Positions 8,473 through 17,568 of a stretch of 64,000 bases of DNA are shown here, one piece after another. Below the pieces are notes generated by a model, which had not been told where the DNA came from, made no database searches, and was given only the letters and a program-made list of their open reading frames with translations. The stretch is from a virus. Position 1 is the first letter of the stretch; the number at the start of each line of letters is the position of its first letter. Location of the stretch: IMG/VR virus record IMGVR_UViG_3300045988_087184; one strand, given 5' to 3'. A program made the translations under genes and the position numbers.

Positions 8473-9489
8473 TTAGTCCTCATCTGACTCGTCGTCGTCC
8501 TTATCATAGACTCCGAATAGCTTGAGGGTGTTGCTGTCAATCTCCGTCTTCCCGACTATGTAGCGCATCGTCATCTGGATGTTTGGCTTACCATTGCTAG
8601 TATGGCCCATCATGACGGCAATCTGTTCCAATGGCACGCCTTTCTTGGAGAGATTTGTGGCGAACGAACGTCTGCCGGTGTGCGAAGAAATGAAGCGGTA
8701 CTTCTTTCCGGTCTCCTCCCTTCCGGCCTTAAACACCTTCGTGTTCGCATCTATTCCGCATTCACGGCAGATGTCACGAAGAGTTCGGTTGAAGGTCATC
8801 TCGCTGATTTCGCCAGGAAGAGGTTCGACACCCGTGCCGCATACCAGGAACGGACGGAGCTTCTTGTGAAGAGGAACCCTTACCTCTGTCTTGGTCTTCT
8901 GTGCTACATACACCAGGAAATGCCCGGTATCATCGATGTTCTCGGGAGTTATCCTCTGACAATCGCTGTAGCGTGCTCCACAGAGGCATTCCATGAGGAA
9001 CATGCGCTGAACATATCTCTTCGTCTGTCCTCTTGGATTGTAATTGATGATTCTGTTTATCTCCTCATCCGAGAGATAGACGGACTGCACGGGCACGGCC
9101 TTCGTTCTGAGTATCTTTCCGAATGTAGGGCTGTTAATCTCCTTCGTCGCATCGTTCTCACGTATCACCGCCTTGATGGTGGCGCATACGGTCTTTGCGG
9201 AGTTTGGAGCATAGTTCTCCTTGATTTTCTCAAAGAGGTCACGGAGGTTGTCGTCAGTGATGTCTTTCCACAATGGCTTGTGGCCCAACAGCTCATCGAA
9301 CATTCTCACGACCTTGATGAACTTCGGATACTTCCAGATATAAGCTCCGTAGAAGGTGTTGTGCCTCCACGCGTTACCGTGATAGTCGGCGAACCAACCC
9401 TGTTTGATAGCGAGCTTGTACTTCTCCTGCTGAACAGGAGTCAACAGTCGTTCCCAGTCTCTTGTCTTGATTCTTAATTCTTCTGTCAT
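8473..9489 (-). CDS. second tyrosine recombinase
   Basis: SSHTGRRSFATNL ... MMGHTSNGKPNIQMTMRYIV (R, H, Y). Acidic tail DKDDDESDED. Confidence 0.8.
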   Translation of the reverse strand: MTEELRIKTRDWERLLTPVQQEKYKLAIKQGWFADYHGNAWRHNTFYGAYIWKYPKFIKVVRMFDELLGHKPLWKDITDDNLRDLFEKIKENYAPNSAKTVCATIKAVIRENDATKEINSPTFGKILRTKAVPVQSVYLSDEEINRIINYNPRGQTKRYVQRMFLMECLCGARYSDCQRITPENIDDTGHFLVYVAQKTKTEVRVPLHKKLRPFLVCGTGVEPLPGEISEMTFNRTLRDICRECGIDANTKVFKAGREETGKKYRFISSHTGRRSFATNLSKKGVPLEQIAVMMGHTSNGKPNIQMTMRYIVGKTEIDSNTLKLFGVYDKDDDESDED

Positions 9490-9570
9490 AATTCTAACTT
9501 TTTGGTTTATAGTGCAAAGGTAACAAAGTTTATTTTATAAACCATCACCTTTGCCGTTTTTAACGCTAAT

Positions 9571-10092
9571 TTAACCTTCCGAAGAAGTCTGTTTATTGAC
9601 TGACACGAGTTCTATCGTATCTTCATTCCATTCATTCCATACTTCTGCATAGTCGTCTGCCTTATCTTTGGCATCTCTTTCTGATTCTGCAAGGAATACA
9701 TAAGGCTCATCCATGTCAGCAGTAGTACCGTCGTCATAGATGAATCTGTACTTTGCCACATAAGTGCTGACGTATCCACTCAGTTCGTTATTCAACCCTG
9801 TCGCAATATCAGCGAGTAGCTCGACCGATATGCTATCGTCCAAAGCACTTACCTTGTGAGGCTCTTTGTAGTAGCCAACACCAACATTTATGACGAAAAC
9901 CGGGATGTCTGTATCACCACTGCCTACCTCTACGATATCTACAAGACTGCTATTGTTGACAACTACAGGCCAGCCAAGTTCTTTCTTCTGCACATTGTGC
10001 TCTCTCATTATCTCGCGGATGGTGCATGCAAGCTCCATCTTTGCTGTTGAACGCAACTCGTCAATCTCGTCTTTCAATTCTTTTCTATCCAT
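9571..10092 (-). CDS. hypothetical protein
   Basis: 173-aa ORF with the cassette box upstream. Confidence 0.6.
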   Translation of the reverse strand: MDRKELKDEIDELRSTAKMELACTIREIMREHNVQKKELGWPVVVNNSSLVDIVEVGSGDTDIPVFVINVGVGYYKEPHKVSALDDSISVELLADIATGLNNELSGYVSTYVAKYRFIYDDGTTADMDEPYVFLAESERDAKDKADDYAEVWNEWNEDTIELVSVNKQTSSEG

Positions 10093-10148
10093 AATCTTAA
10101 TATTTTGGTTTAACTTGATGCCCGCCGTTTCCGACAGGCTTGTTTGGC

Positions 10149-10721
10149 TTAGTCTTTTCTTTCGATATCAAGGCCCGTAAGCACGCCTTTCATATAGGCT
10201 AATGTCTCTTCCTTGCATTCCGATAGAAACTTCTGGCAGCCATCAATGATAACGCCGTACTTACCGCTCGGATAATTCTGTATAGAGCACGAGTGGTAAT
10301 GCTTTCCGGATTTCTCCTCGATTTCTCCTGCGAGTCGCTTCCCTTCGTCGGTCTCATTTGGACGATTTTCTGGGTACTCATCGTAAAAATACTCGTGCCA
10401 TAAATCTAGTAGCATATCCTTGCAATCCTCCATATCTTGCAAAATATCCGATAATTTGTATGGCGCGCCGTTAGCACCATGTCCATCCTCGCCAATCCAT
10501 TTACTGGCTTCCTCGTCAGGATCGAAGTCGCTATAATATTGATACAACTTATCCATGAAGTCAGACTTACTGCCATTCTCGAACCAAATTGTGGCGATGA
10601 AGTCTTGGTCTTGTGGGGAATACTTCTCTAACTCGACGCAAACCTCACCTCTTTCGTTAGGTGTATCGTCAACATTATAACTCCATCCTAAATCCTCTGC
10701 TAATTTTAAAAAATCATTCAT
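10149..10721 (-). CDS. hypothetical acidic protein
   Basis: 190-aa ORF with the cassette box upstream. Confidence 0.6.
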   Translation of the reverse strand: MNDFLKLAEDLGWSYNVDDTPNERGEVCVELEKYSPQDQDFIATIWFENGSKSDFMDKLYQYYSDFDPDEEASKWIGEDGHGANGAPYKLSDILQDMEDCKDMLLDLWHEYFYDEYPENRPNETDEGKRLAGEIEEKSGKHYHSCSIQNYPSGKYGVIIDGCQKFLSECKEETLAYMKGVLTGLDIERKD

Positions 10722-10857
10722 ATTTTTAATTTTAATTGGTTAATAATAGGAGCGTGAAACAATAATGTTCCACGCCTTGTTCGGCTTTACGATATTTAGC
10801 GCGGGAATACCCACTACCTTCAGGTGTGGGATGAAAGTGCATATTTTTCTGAATTTA

Positions 10858-10889
10858 TTTGCAAAGTTGAAGAAAAAGTTGTATATTTG
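10858..10889 (+). promoter_or_regulatory. Bacteroidota-type promoter for tnpB
   Basis: TTTG (10858-10861), a 20-nt spacer, then TATATTTG (10882-10889). Confidence 0.6.
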
Positions 10890-10909
10890 TAAGCATAAAA
10901 CGTTTGCTT

Positions 10910-12049
10910 ATGATTTCATACAAATACAAACTCTATCGCACCGATAAGACGAAGCACCTGGATAAGATGCTCCGCGAGGCTGCTTTTGTGTGGAATCATG
11001 CACTCGCGCTACAGAAACGCTACTACCGCATGTACGGCAAATATATCGGCATAAACAGAATGCGTAAGCATTTCGCAAAGCGCATCAACCGAAACCTATT
11101 GCACTCGCAGACGGTGCAGGAGATTCTTGACCGTCTCGATGACGCATATCTGCGTTTCTTTAAGCATCTGGCAGCACGACCTCCAAAGTTTAGACGGGCG
11201 AAGGATTTCTCCTCTTTTGTATTCCGACAAGGAGGTTATTCCATCAACGGGAACGTGCTGACGATAAACAGAATAAAGAAGCGTTTCAAATTCTCGCTGA
11301 GCAGACCTTGCGACGGCAAGGTTAAGACCCTCACCGTCAAGCGCAGTCCACTGGGAGAGTATTTCATCATCATGGTGCTTGATAAAGCCCCTGTCAGCCT
11401 CGGAAAGACACACAATGGTGCATCCGTAGGCATTGACTTTGGCCTAAAGACCTACATGACGATGAGCGACGGAACCACGGTTGAAAACCCGCAGTTTCTA
11501 AAGAGCGGACTGCGCCAGTTGCAGCGTAAGTCGCGGAACCTCTTGAAGTGTGTGCCAGGTTCCCATAACCGGGAACGGAAACGTCAGGATCTCGACAGAC
11601 ACCACGAGAAGGTTGTCAACCAGCGCAACGCCTTCCAGTGGCGGCTCGCCCATCAGTTATGCCGGCAGTACGACCGTATCTTCATCGAGGACCTCCAGCT
11701 CACCGGCATGACAGCCTTGTGGGGCAGGAAGATGAGCGATCTTGCACACGGTGAGTTCGTCACCAAGTTGGAGTACGTGGCTTCCAAGTATGGTGTCATC
11801 GTCCATAAGATTGACCGATTCTACCCGTCATCAAAGACGTGTACATGCGGATATGTAAACAAGCAGCTTCAGCTGAAGGATAGGCAATGGACTTGCCCCG
11901 AGTGTGGCGCAGTCCATAGCCGTGACCTTCTCGCTGCCCAGAATATTCTTCGGCAGGGCATTGCCGAATTGGAGAGCACAAGTAAGACACCTTCCACAAG
12001 GATGGCGCATGTGCGCCTGCATCCAAGAATCTCATCCCTTCAGGGGTGA
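10910..12049 (+). CDS. tnpB: TnpB RNA-guided nuclease (IS605 OrfB family)
   Basis: MISYKYKLYRT N-terminus. RuvC contexts GIDFGLK, IFIEDL, RDLLAAQNI. Zinc finger CTCGY..CPECG. Confidence 0.85.
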   Translation: MISYKYKLYRTDKTKHLDKMLREAAFVWNHALALQKRYYRMYGKYIGINRMRKHFAKRINRNLLHSQTVQEILDRLDDAYLRFFKHLAARPPKFRRAKDFSSFVFRQGGYSINGNVLTINRIKKRFKFSLSRPCDGKVKTLTVKRSPLGEYFIIMVLDKAPVSLGKTHNGASVGIDFGLKTYMTMSDGTTVENPQFLKSGLRQLQRKSRNLLKCVPGSHNRERKRQDLDRHHEKVVNQRNAFQWRLAHQLCRQYDRIFIEDLQLTGMTALWGRKMSDLAHGEFVTKLEYVASKYGVIVHKIDRFYPSSKTCTCGYVNKQLQLKDRQWTCPECGAVHSRDLLAAQNILRQGIAELESTSKTPSTRMAHVRLHPRISSLQG

Positions 12050-12056
12050 GAGTATG
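11850..12056 (+). ncRNA. predicted omega-RNA (reRNA) overlapping the tnpB 3' end; 5' limit is a guess
   Basis: Inferred from the known TnpB architecture. The right-end hairpin at 12031-12050 overlaps the stop codon. Confidence 0.3.
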
Positions 12057-12491
12057 TCAAACCGGCAGAGACACGATGTATTCCTTCTTCTTCTTTCGTG
12101 TTCTGCTCTTCACAGTGAATCCACAAAAATCTCTCAGCCACCCGGCAGCATTGCCGATGAATGGCTCGTTCACCATAAGGATAGGACGAAGCATCCCGTT
12201 TTTCTTCATGCACTGATAGTCGATGAAGTCGAACTGGTCATCCGGGTCATCGCATTTCTTCTCCCACACGCTGACATCGAGATAGTCGATGAAGTCTCCC
12301 TCTGGCGGGTTATCCATCTCGATGAATCTCTTCGGCGTAAGGAGAATCGTATCCTTAGGCTCGTGGGTCATAAAGAAATTCTCTATAACCTCGTTGAACT
12401 TGTTCATGTCCATCTGTTTCTGGACAATGCCCTTTCTCTTCATGATGTCGGAAGCTTTGAGCATTCTTGTACCTCTTCTTGCTGTTGCCAT
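12057..12491 (-). CDS. hypothetical protein
   Basis: 144-aa ORF with the cassette box upstream. Confidence 0.6.
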   Translation of the reverse strand: MATARRGTRMLKASDIMKRKGIVQKQMDMNKFNEVIENFFMTHEPKDTILLTPKRFIEMDNPPEGDFIDYLDVSVWEKKCDDPDDQFDFIDYQCMKKNGMLRPILMVNEPFIGNAAGWLRDFCGFTVKSRTRKKKKEYIVSLPV

Positions 12492-12623
12492 AATTCAAAA
12501 TTTTAATTGGTTAATACTAGGGGTACAAAAACCGGCGTGTCTCACGACAGACCGGCTTGAACCATTTAAACAAAATCTAGTTATGATAAGGAGTCAGCCG
12601 CTGCTAACGACTGACCTGTTTGG

Positions 12624-13046
12624 CTAATCTTTCGGTACGTTCCAATGGAATGAAATCGTCGCTTCGTCTTCGTAGATGGAGAACGATATTAGTAGTTTTG
12701 CGTCTCCCTCACGCTCGTCATCTATGTACTGCTTGTACGCCGGAACCATGTAGGTCGTTAGGTGACATTCGTCTTCAGTCAAGTTTTTTATGACTGCATT
12801 TCCGAAATCATCTAGCTTGTCCGTGCTTCTGTAGGGCTGCGGGATGCATTTCAGCTCGACAACATTGCTCTTGACGGTGGCTATTACCGGAACACCAGCA
12901 ATGAATCCGAGGTATGTATTCCCGGAGAATGCATAGCTTTCGTCATCGAACATGTTCTCTTCCCACCAGTCAAGCATAATATTCTTGTTATCTAGAGGTG
13001 CAGGAACAAGGGAATTCACATCAATCTTCTCTTTGATCTCTTTCAT
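12624..13046 (-). CDS. hypothetical protein
   Basis: 140-aa ORF with the cassette box upstream. Confidence 0.6.
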   Translation of the reverse strand: MKEIKEKIDVNSLVPAPLDNKNIMLDWWEENMFDDESYAFSGNTYLGFIAGVPVIATVKSNVVELKCIPQPYRSTDKLDDFGNAVIKNLTEDECHLTTYMVPAYKQYIDDEREGDAKLLISFSIYEDEATISFHWNVPKD

Positions 13047-13108
13047 AATCCTTCATTTTATTGGTTAAACATAGAATCGGTTACCGAATCAGTAACCGAC
13101 TTTTGACT

Positions 13109-13245
13109 AGAATGGCTCCCGGCTGGTGCCTTACTTTAGTAGTTTGATCTGGAGAGCTTTAGCTCGAAGGATTACCTCCAGTAGTAACTGGAGGAGATCC
13201 TCTCGTTGCAGAAGCTCTTGTAAATTACTGCCGAGCCACCATTCT
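13109..13245 (-). ncRNA. small structured intergenic element (~137 nt)
   Basis: Closing helix AGAATGG-CTC / GAG-cca-CCATTCT. Inner helices AGGAT/ATCCT and CCTCCAG/CTGGAGG. An alternative pairing AGAGCTT/AAGCTCT is possible. No ORF. Confidence 0.3.
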
Positions 13246-13275
13246 TAAGGAGGCGAACCTTACATCTTGCTAAGG

Positions 13276-14328
13276 TTACTTCTTACACTTAGCTTTAAAC
13301 CACTCGTTAATCTTTCCCTGGATGTCGATGCCGGACTCCTTGATGAGCTGCTTGAGAACACCGAGCATTCTCCAGCCTTGTCCATCATAAGACTTAGCCT
13401 TAGATTCGAGTTCCTTCAAAGATGCTGCTTCTGACATCTTTCGTCCGCCCTTCAGGAATCTTGCTCCGTGGAACATGATGAGGTTACGCATGGTGTAATA
13501 AGAACCAGAGCCTTTGTATGCGTCAATGAACGCATCAGCCTGCTTGGTATTCCATTCGAGATGCTTGCGGTTCTTGTTGAACTTGTGAACTACTGAATAG
13601 AGCTGCTTGTATGTAGGAACAGCCGCCATCTCGTTCGCAATCTCTCTAAGAGGTGTGTAGACTTTCTTTTCCAAGTCGCTGACAAAGATATCCTTGTTCT
13701 GAAGACGTACGTAAGGATTACCCTTGCAGGTATGCTTGTATGTCTTCTTCTCGTTCCCATCCTTGTCTTTCTTGACATTGTAGATAAGATTGTCATCCAC
13801 GTACTTGCGGAGCTTGCTGATGTAGTCAGTAGCCATGTCGCTGGCAACGTCGCCGTTAAACCATCGGTTTCTAGCACAGACATTGTCAAGGTCTCCGTGC
13901 TCAGACATCTTTACCTGAGCATAGAGTTCGTTCTCCAACATGCGCCACTGATACTCGTAGCCCTTGCGCTGCAATACCTCATTGAACGTTAGCTTGTCTG
14001 TCTCCATCTGTCTGAGCATGTGGAACATCTGCGACATCACCCAGCGGCGGAACAGCTTCCAGTTGCTTACGTATCCACCCTCGACAATCTTCTTGCCTAC
14101 CGCATCAATGGTTGCATCGTCCATATCAACAGGGACCGCTGCACCATTCTCGATCTTGACAAGCTGGTCGTCACCGAGAGGGAAGTACTTACTTACGTCA
14201 ACGCCTGCTGCCTTAAGAGCTTCGAGACGCATCTGCGCCTTTGTCTTCTTACCGGTAGCTGCTGTAGCCTCTACGTTCTTTGTTACGATGTTCAAGTTCT
14301 CACCAGTGATTGTTACAATCTGCTTCAT
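13276..14328 (-). CDS. hypothetical protein (350 aa)
   Basis: Long ORF with the cassette box upstream. Confidence 0.7.
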   Translation of the reverse strand: MKQIVTITGENLNIVTKNVEATAATGKKTKAQMRLEALKAAGVDVSKYFPLGDDQLVKIENGAAVPVDMDDATIDAVGKKIVEGGYVSNWKLFRRWVMSQMFHMLRQMETDKLTFNEVLQRKGYEYQWRMLENELYAQVKMSEHGDLDNVCARNRWFNGDVASDMATDYISKLRKYVDDNLIYNVKKDKDGNEKKTYKHTCKGNPYVRLQNKDIFVSDLEKKVYTPLREIANEMAAVPTYKQLYSVVHKFNKNRKHLEWNTKQADAFIDAYKGSGSYYTMRNLIMFHGARFLKGGRKMSEAASLKELESKAKSYDGQGWRMLGVLKQLIKESGIDIQGKINEWFKAKCKK

Positions 14329-14385
14329 AATTCTATAAAATTTAAAATGGTTTGTAATAAATTATTTAACTCTAGTGGATGAGGC

Positions 14386-14838
14386 TTACGCCCCACCCTT
14401 GTTTGGCTCAATCCAGTCTCTGAGGATAATCAGGTCCTTATCGTTCTTGGAACACCAGAACCACGTTCCCCATGAGTTGTCCCACCAGAGGTTGCCTCTT
14501 AGAAGCTGGACCAGTACGTATAGCTCCAGCTTGCATCGAGCTACCTCTCTCCGCTCTCCGTACATCATATCTTCGTCTGAGAGCTCTTTCTCAGGCAAAT
14601 CCTTGAAGTAGTAGCGGCGATGAGATTCTGAACGCTCAGACGGCACAGAATGCTTGTACGCTGCATATCTCTGCTCGATGCCTACAAATACAACCTCTGG
14701 TGTAAGGTAAGGCGTGTCCTTCGGCTTGTCTTCCTCGGACATTACTACCTTGCCGTTCACTCTACATGTTCTCTTCTGGAAGTTGATGGTGAACTTAGCA
14801 CCATTCTCAACTGCATTAATAATCTCGTCGTATGTCAT
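14386..14838 (-). CDS. hypothetical protein
   Basis: 150-aa ORF with the cassette box upstream. Confidence 0.6.
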   Translation of the reverse strand: MTYDEIINAVENGAKFTINFQKRTCRVNGKVVMSEEDKPKDTPYLTPEVVFVGIEQRYAAYKHSVPSERSESHRRYYFKDLPEKELSDEDMMYGERREVARCKLELYVLVQLLRGNLWWDNSWGTWFWCSKNDKDLIILRDWIEPNKGGA

Positions 14839-14871
14839 AATTCTTAAAATGTTGGTTAATAGGGATAGTGC

Positions 14872-15126
14872 TTATTCTAGCACTATCAGACTGACTTTTT
14901 CGAGTTCACCGTTACTAAGTACATTATCCTCGTGCCCGAAGTGGATATAGAACTTATCTCCGTTCGCCCACTCCATCGCACGCATATACAGCCAGTGTGC
15001 CTCCTCGATAGAGAATCCGTCTGCGCTTACAGAATCAAGCATCTCGCCCATGCAAACTACGGATTCCAAGTACTCTTTCTTGATTTCATCAAGCTTCTTT
15101 AGTAATTTACTGTCCATAATTCTCAA
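14872..15126 (-). CDS. hypothetical protein
   Basis: 84-aa ORF with the cassette box upstream. Confidence 0.55.
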   Translation of the reverse strand: MRIMDSKLLKKLDEIKKEYLESVVCMGEMLDSVSADGFSIEEAHWLYMRAMEWANGDKFYIHFGHEDNVLSNGELEKVSLIVLE

Positions 15127-16302
15127 TATATTGGTTAATAGGAGTGCGCTCAGAGAATCTGTTGCGTAACTGTAAAGTCTTGATTGATACTGTATTTGAG
15201 TCCTGACTGATCCAGGTAATCACCTGGATGCTCAGGATGATTGAAACAGTATTATACAATCTATTCTCCTTGCGCACCATTCGGCTCGCAATAACCTAGA
15301 CTTATCTCATGTATTATGTTGCATGGATATATGTTCTCGATTAGACCCCGTGTTTGGATACGGTCGTCGATATCGATAGACATCGACGACGGTATTCCAC
15401 TCACGGGGTATTAAACCTCATACTCTTGATAAGTCGTGATGCAATTCACGTTGGTTGTTGTAGGTACACTCATAGGCCTATTGCTTTCCTATAATCAACT
15501 GATACGAACCAGATGGCTTACGCGGGTTAATATTTAACCTAAGGATTAACCCGCGTTATTTGCAAGCTGGTTGGTAAATTACAGCCTCCTCGTGTACCTC
15601 GTTTGGCAATAACGTTGTCTTCATCTGAGAGCGTGACACGTAGCTATAGCAGCTTGATTTGAGAGCTGTTATAATCGCCGGATGAAGCTGGGGATTCCCA
15701 GCATTAGCCGGCGAGTACAACAGGCACTCATAAATTCACTCTCCTCTGAAGACTACCCTCGTGCTTGGGTGATTCTCTGACCGATGGCTCGGCACAATAC
15801 TTTATGTTTCTGATTTGACACAGGATTCGCCAGAATTCAGGATCCAGGTCACCGCTCATATTTATGACGGTTACCAGGATCCAGAACTCTGGTTAAGAGA
15901 CCTGTTGCATAAACTTCAGCCATCCGTCAGGGATTGGTGGTGTGCGCCACCTGTAAAAGTCATACGGACTGACACATTTCTGTACTTCGTTGATGAGTTA
16001 CGCCTTGTGCGTCATACGAGGGCCCCGAGGAGTCTCAAGTTGCAAACTTGGACTACTCGGTTCCCTCAGATGATGTTATAGAGGCGTCGCCTGAATTAGT
16101 CCGTCCTTCTCCTACGTCCGTGTGCTCGGTTACAGAGTCTGCCGGTCGGAAGATACTGCGCATGGCTATATCAGATTGATAATATCCTGGTGGAGAGGAT
16201 CGCAGGACCGTCTCCATTCGGAGACAGGCCCGCGATCGTGCGAGACCGGATGTTTAAAACATTCTTCTTCATTCCGGCAGTTCCTTGCGCTAGGATGCTC
16301 AT
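15127..16302. ncRNA. 1.18-kb ORF-free, highly structured region immediately 3' of the RT gene (strand unresolved)
   Basis: Many perfect helices: 15187-15252, 15346-15408, 15521-15555 (extended by 15507-15512/15567-15572), the long-range pair 15462-15469/15592-15599, 15677-15712 and 16198-16237. No operon-strand ORF. Confidence 0.5.
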
Positions 16303-17568
16303 CTACAGTATATTCACCAAAGTGTTGTACGCTGCCCTGCTCGTTCGCAAGGCATTCTGGGCACAACCGATTGATAGATACCCCTTGATATCGCTCTCTG
16401 TCTTACTCCTGTTGGCTTTCACGTTCCTGCCACGGCCTCGGTCTATACAACCGATAGCCTGAGTCTTTACATATCCGAGACCTCCGACCTTTCTCTTGCC
16501 TGTCTTGACCGCACGGATGCAGTCCATGACAAAGGTGTTGAGCTTGTCGATGTCCTCTTTCACGTTTATGACCGGAAGAACCTGAGTAGCCCAGGAGTAA
16601 TCGCAGTACCCCTTGTAGAGATACCTGTTTACTGCATTGATGGCTTTCGTCATCGTGGTGTCACGCTTCTTTATCGTCCTCTTCTCAATCTCCTTTTGGA
16701 AGGTCTTGATACGTGTGGACGACAGGGAGATATTGTGACCCTTGATTGAATATCCCAAGAACTTGAACCAGTGATTAGCGTCAAGATACTCAACCTTCTT
16801 CGGATTGAGCGTCATCTGCATCTTCTCCAGCTCGCTCTTCAGGATATTCATGGCTTTCTCGTAGTCCTTGCCCACGAAGAGAATGTCATCAGAATAGCGG
16901 ACGTAATATCCGTCCAGATTCGACAACATCTCATCGATATGGTACAGAACCACGTCTGCCAGCCATGCAGCAACAGAGCATCCCTGCTTTAGGGACTGAT
17001 ACTTCTTGCAGAGGTTATTGTTCTCGTCAAAATACAGGTCTGTGTGATAGTAGTCACGAATGACATCTATCAGCGCAGATTTTCCGAATTTCTCCTCTAC
17101 TCTGTCAAATGCCCAATCGACGAATCGTATTGGTACATTGTCAAAGTACTTGGATAAGTCGGACTTGAATCCGATGATTTTTCCCTCTGCTGAGTATATT
17201 ACATGAGAGACATCTTGTACAACACGGCCGCAGCCAATACCCTTTTGGTATGACGTACAGCGTGGATGCACCATCTCTGGCATCAGCTCGAACAGGAGGT
17301 CGTTTGCTATACTCAGGAGGATTCTGTCCACATTTTCATTCACGTAGACCGTACGGAAATCTCCGTTGTCTTTCGGAATCTTTGCTGTGTGTGGCGGCAT
17401 TATCTTGTAATTGCCGCTCTTGATTCTCTGATACATAGCCAGACGAGCCTTCGGCGTAGTCAGCTGATACATTACTGCTTTGTTCATGTCCTTGAATAAG
17501 CCTTTCTCGATAGCATACTGCCATCTGGCTTTCTCGAAGAACATGCTTAGGATTCTGTCTTCATTCAT
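16303..17568 (-). CDS. reverse transcriptase, non-DGR (group-II/retron-like palm)
   Basis: Motifs KIPKDNGDFRTVYV, SYQKGIG, FKSDLSKYFDNV, LKQGCSVAAWLADVVL, YVRYSDDILFVG, LNPKKVEY, FKFLGYSI. Confidence 0.85.
   Translation of the reverse strand: MNEDRILSMFFEKARWQYAIEKGLFKDMNKAVMYQLTTPKARLAMYQRIKSGNYKIMPPHTAKIPKDNGDFRTVYVNENVDRILLSIANDLLFELMPEMVHPRCTSYQKGIGCGRVVQDVSHVIYSAEGKIIGFKSDLSKYFDNVPIRFVDWAFDRVEEKFGKSALIDVIRDYYHTDLYFDENNNLCKKYQSLKQGCSVAAWLADVVLYHIDEMLSNLDGYYVRYSDDILFVGKDYEKAMNILKSELEKMQMTLNPKKVEYLDANHWFKFLGYSIKGHNISLSSTRIKTFQKEIEKRTIKKRDTTMTKAINAVNRYLYKGYCDYSWATQVLPVINVKEDIDKLNTFVMDCIRAVKTGKRKVGGLGYVKTQAIGCIDRGRGRNVKANRSKTESDIKGYLSIGCAQNALRTSRAAYNTLVNIL

Larger units (their letters stand above)
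10791..12056 (+). mobile_element. non-autonomous IS200/IS605-family element carrying only tnpB (approximate ends)
   Basis: The only plus-strand gene in the array. Related subterminal hairpins lie near both ends (CCCAC-taccttcag-GTGGG at ~10811-10829; CTCATCCC-ttca-GGGGTGAG at 12031-12050). TTAC lies immediately left at 10787-10790. Confidence 0.6.

Noticed and set aside
16166-16305. Read-through extension of the RT past its TAG stop
   Set aside because: The in-frame continuation is only 45 codons of unremarkable sequence lying in strongly paired DNA. Nothing supports recoding.
15815-16462. Plus-strand ORFs of 88-90 aa inside the structured region (15815-16081, 16122-16388, 16190-16462)
   Set aside because: They have TTG or weak starts and run opposite to the whole operon. 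They lack a cassette or promoter, overlap each other and the RT 3' end, and are W/R/C-rich. They look like frames opened by GC-rich structured sequence. This rejection is tentative.
15127-17568. Group II intron containing the 421-aa RT
   Set aside because: Only 51 nt separates the RT start from the upstream gene, so ribozyme domains I-III cannot lie 5' of the ORF. I found no domain-V-like AGC...GNRA hairpin within 200 nt after the stop. The 3' region is about ten times longer than domains V-VI.
16303-17568. Second DGR reverse transcriptase with a TR in the adjacent noncoding DNA
   Set aside because: Motif 4 reads LKQGCSVAA rather than the DGR I/LGxxxSQ. I could not spot any adenine-mismatched copy of the noncoding region in a coding sequence. 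This was a by-eye check only, so a formal TR/VR search is still worthwhile.
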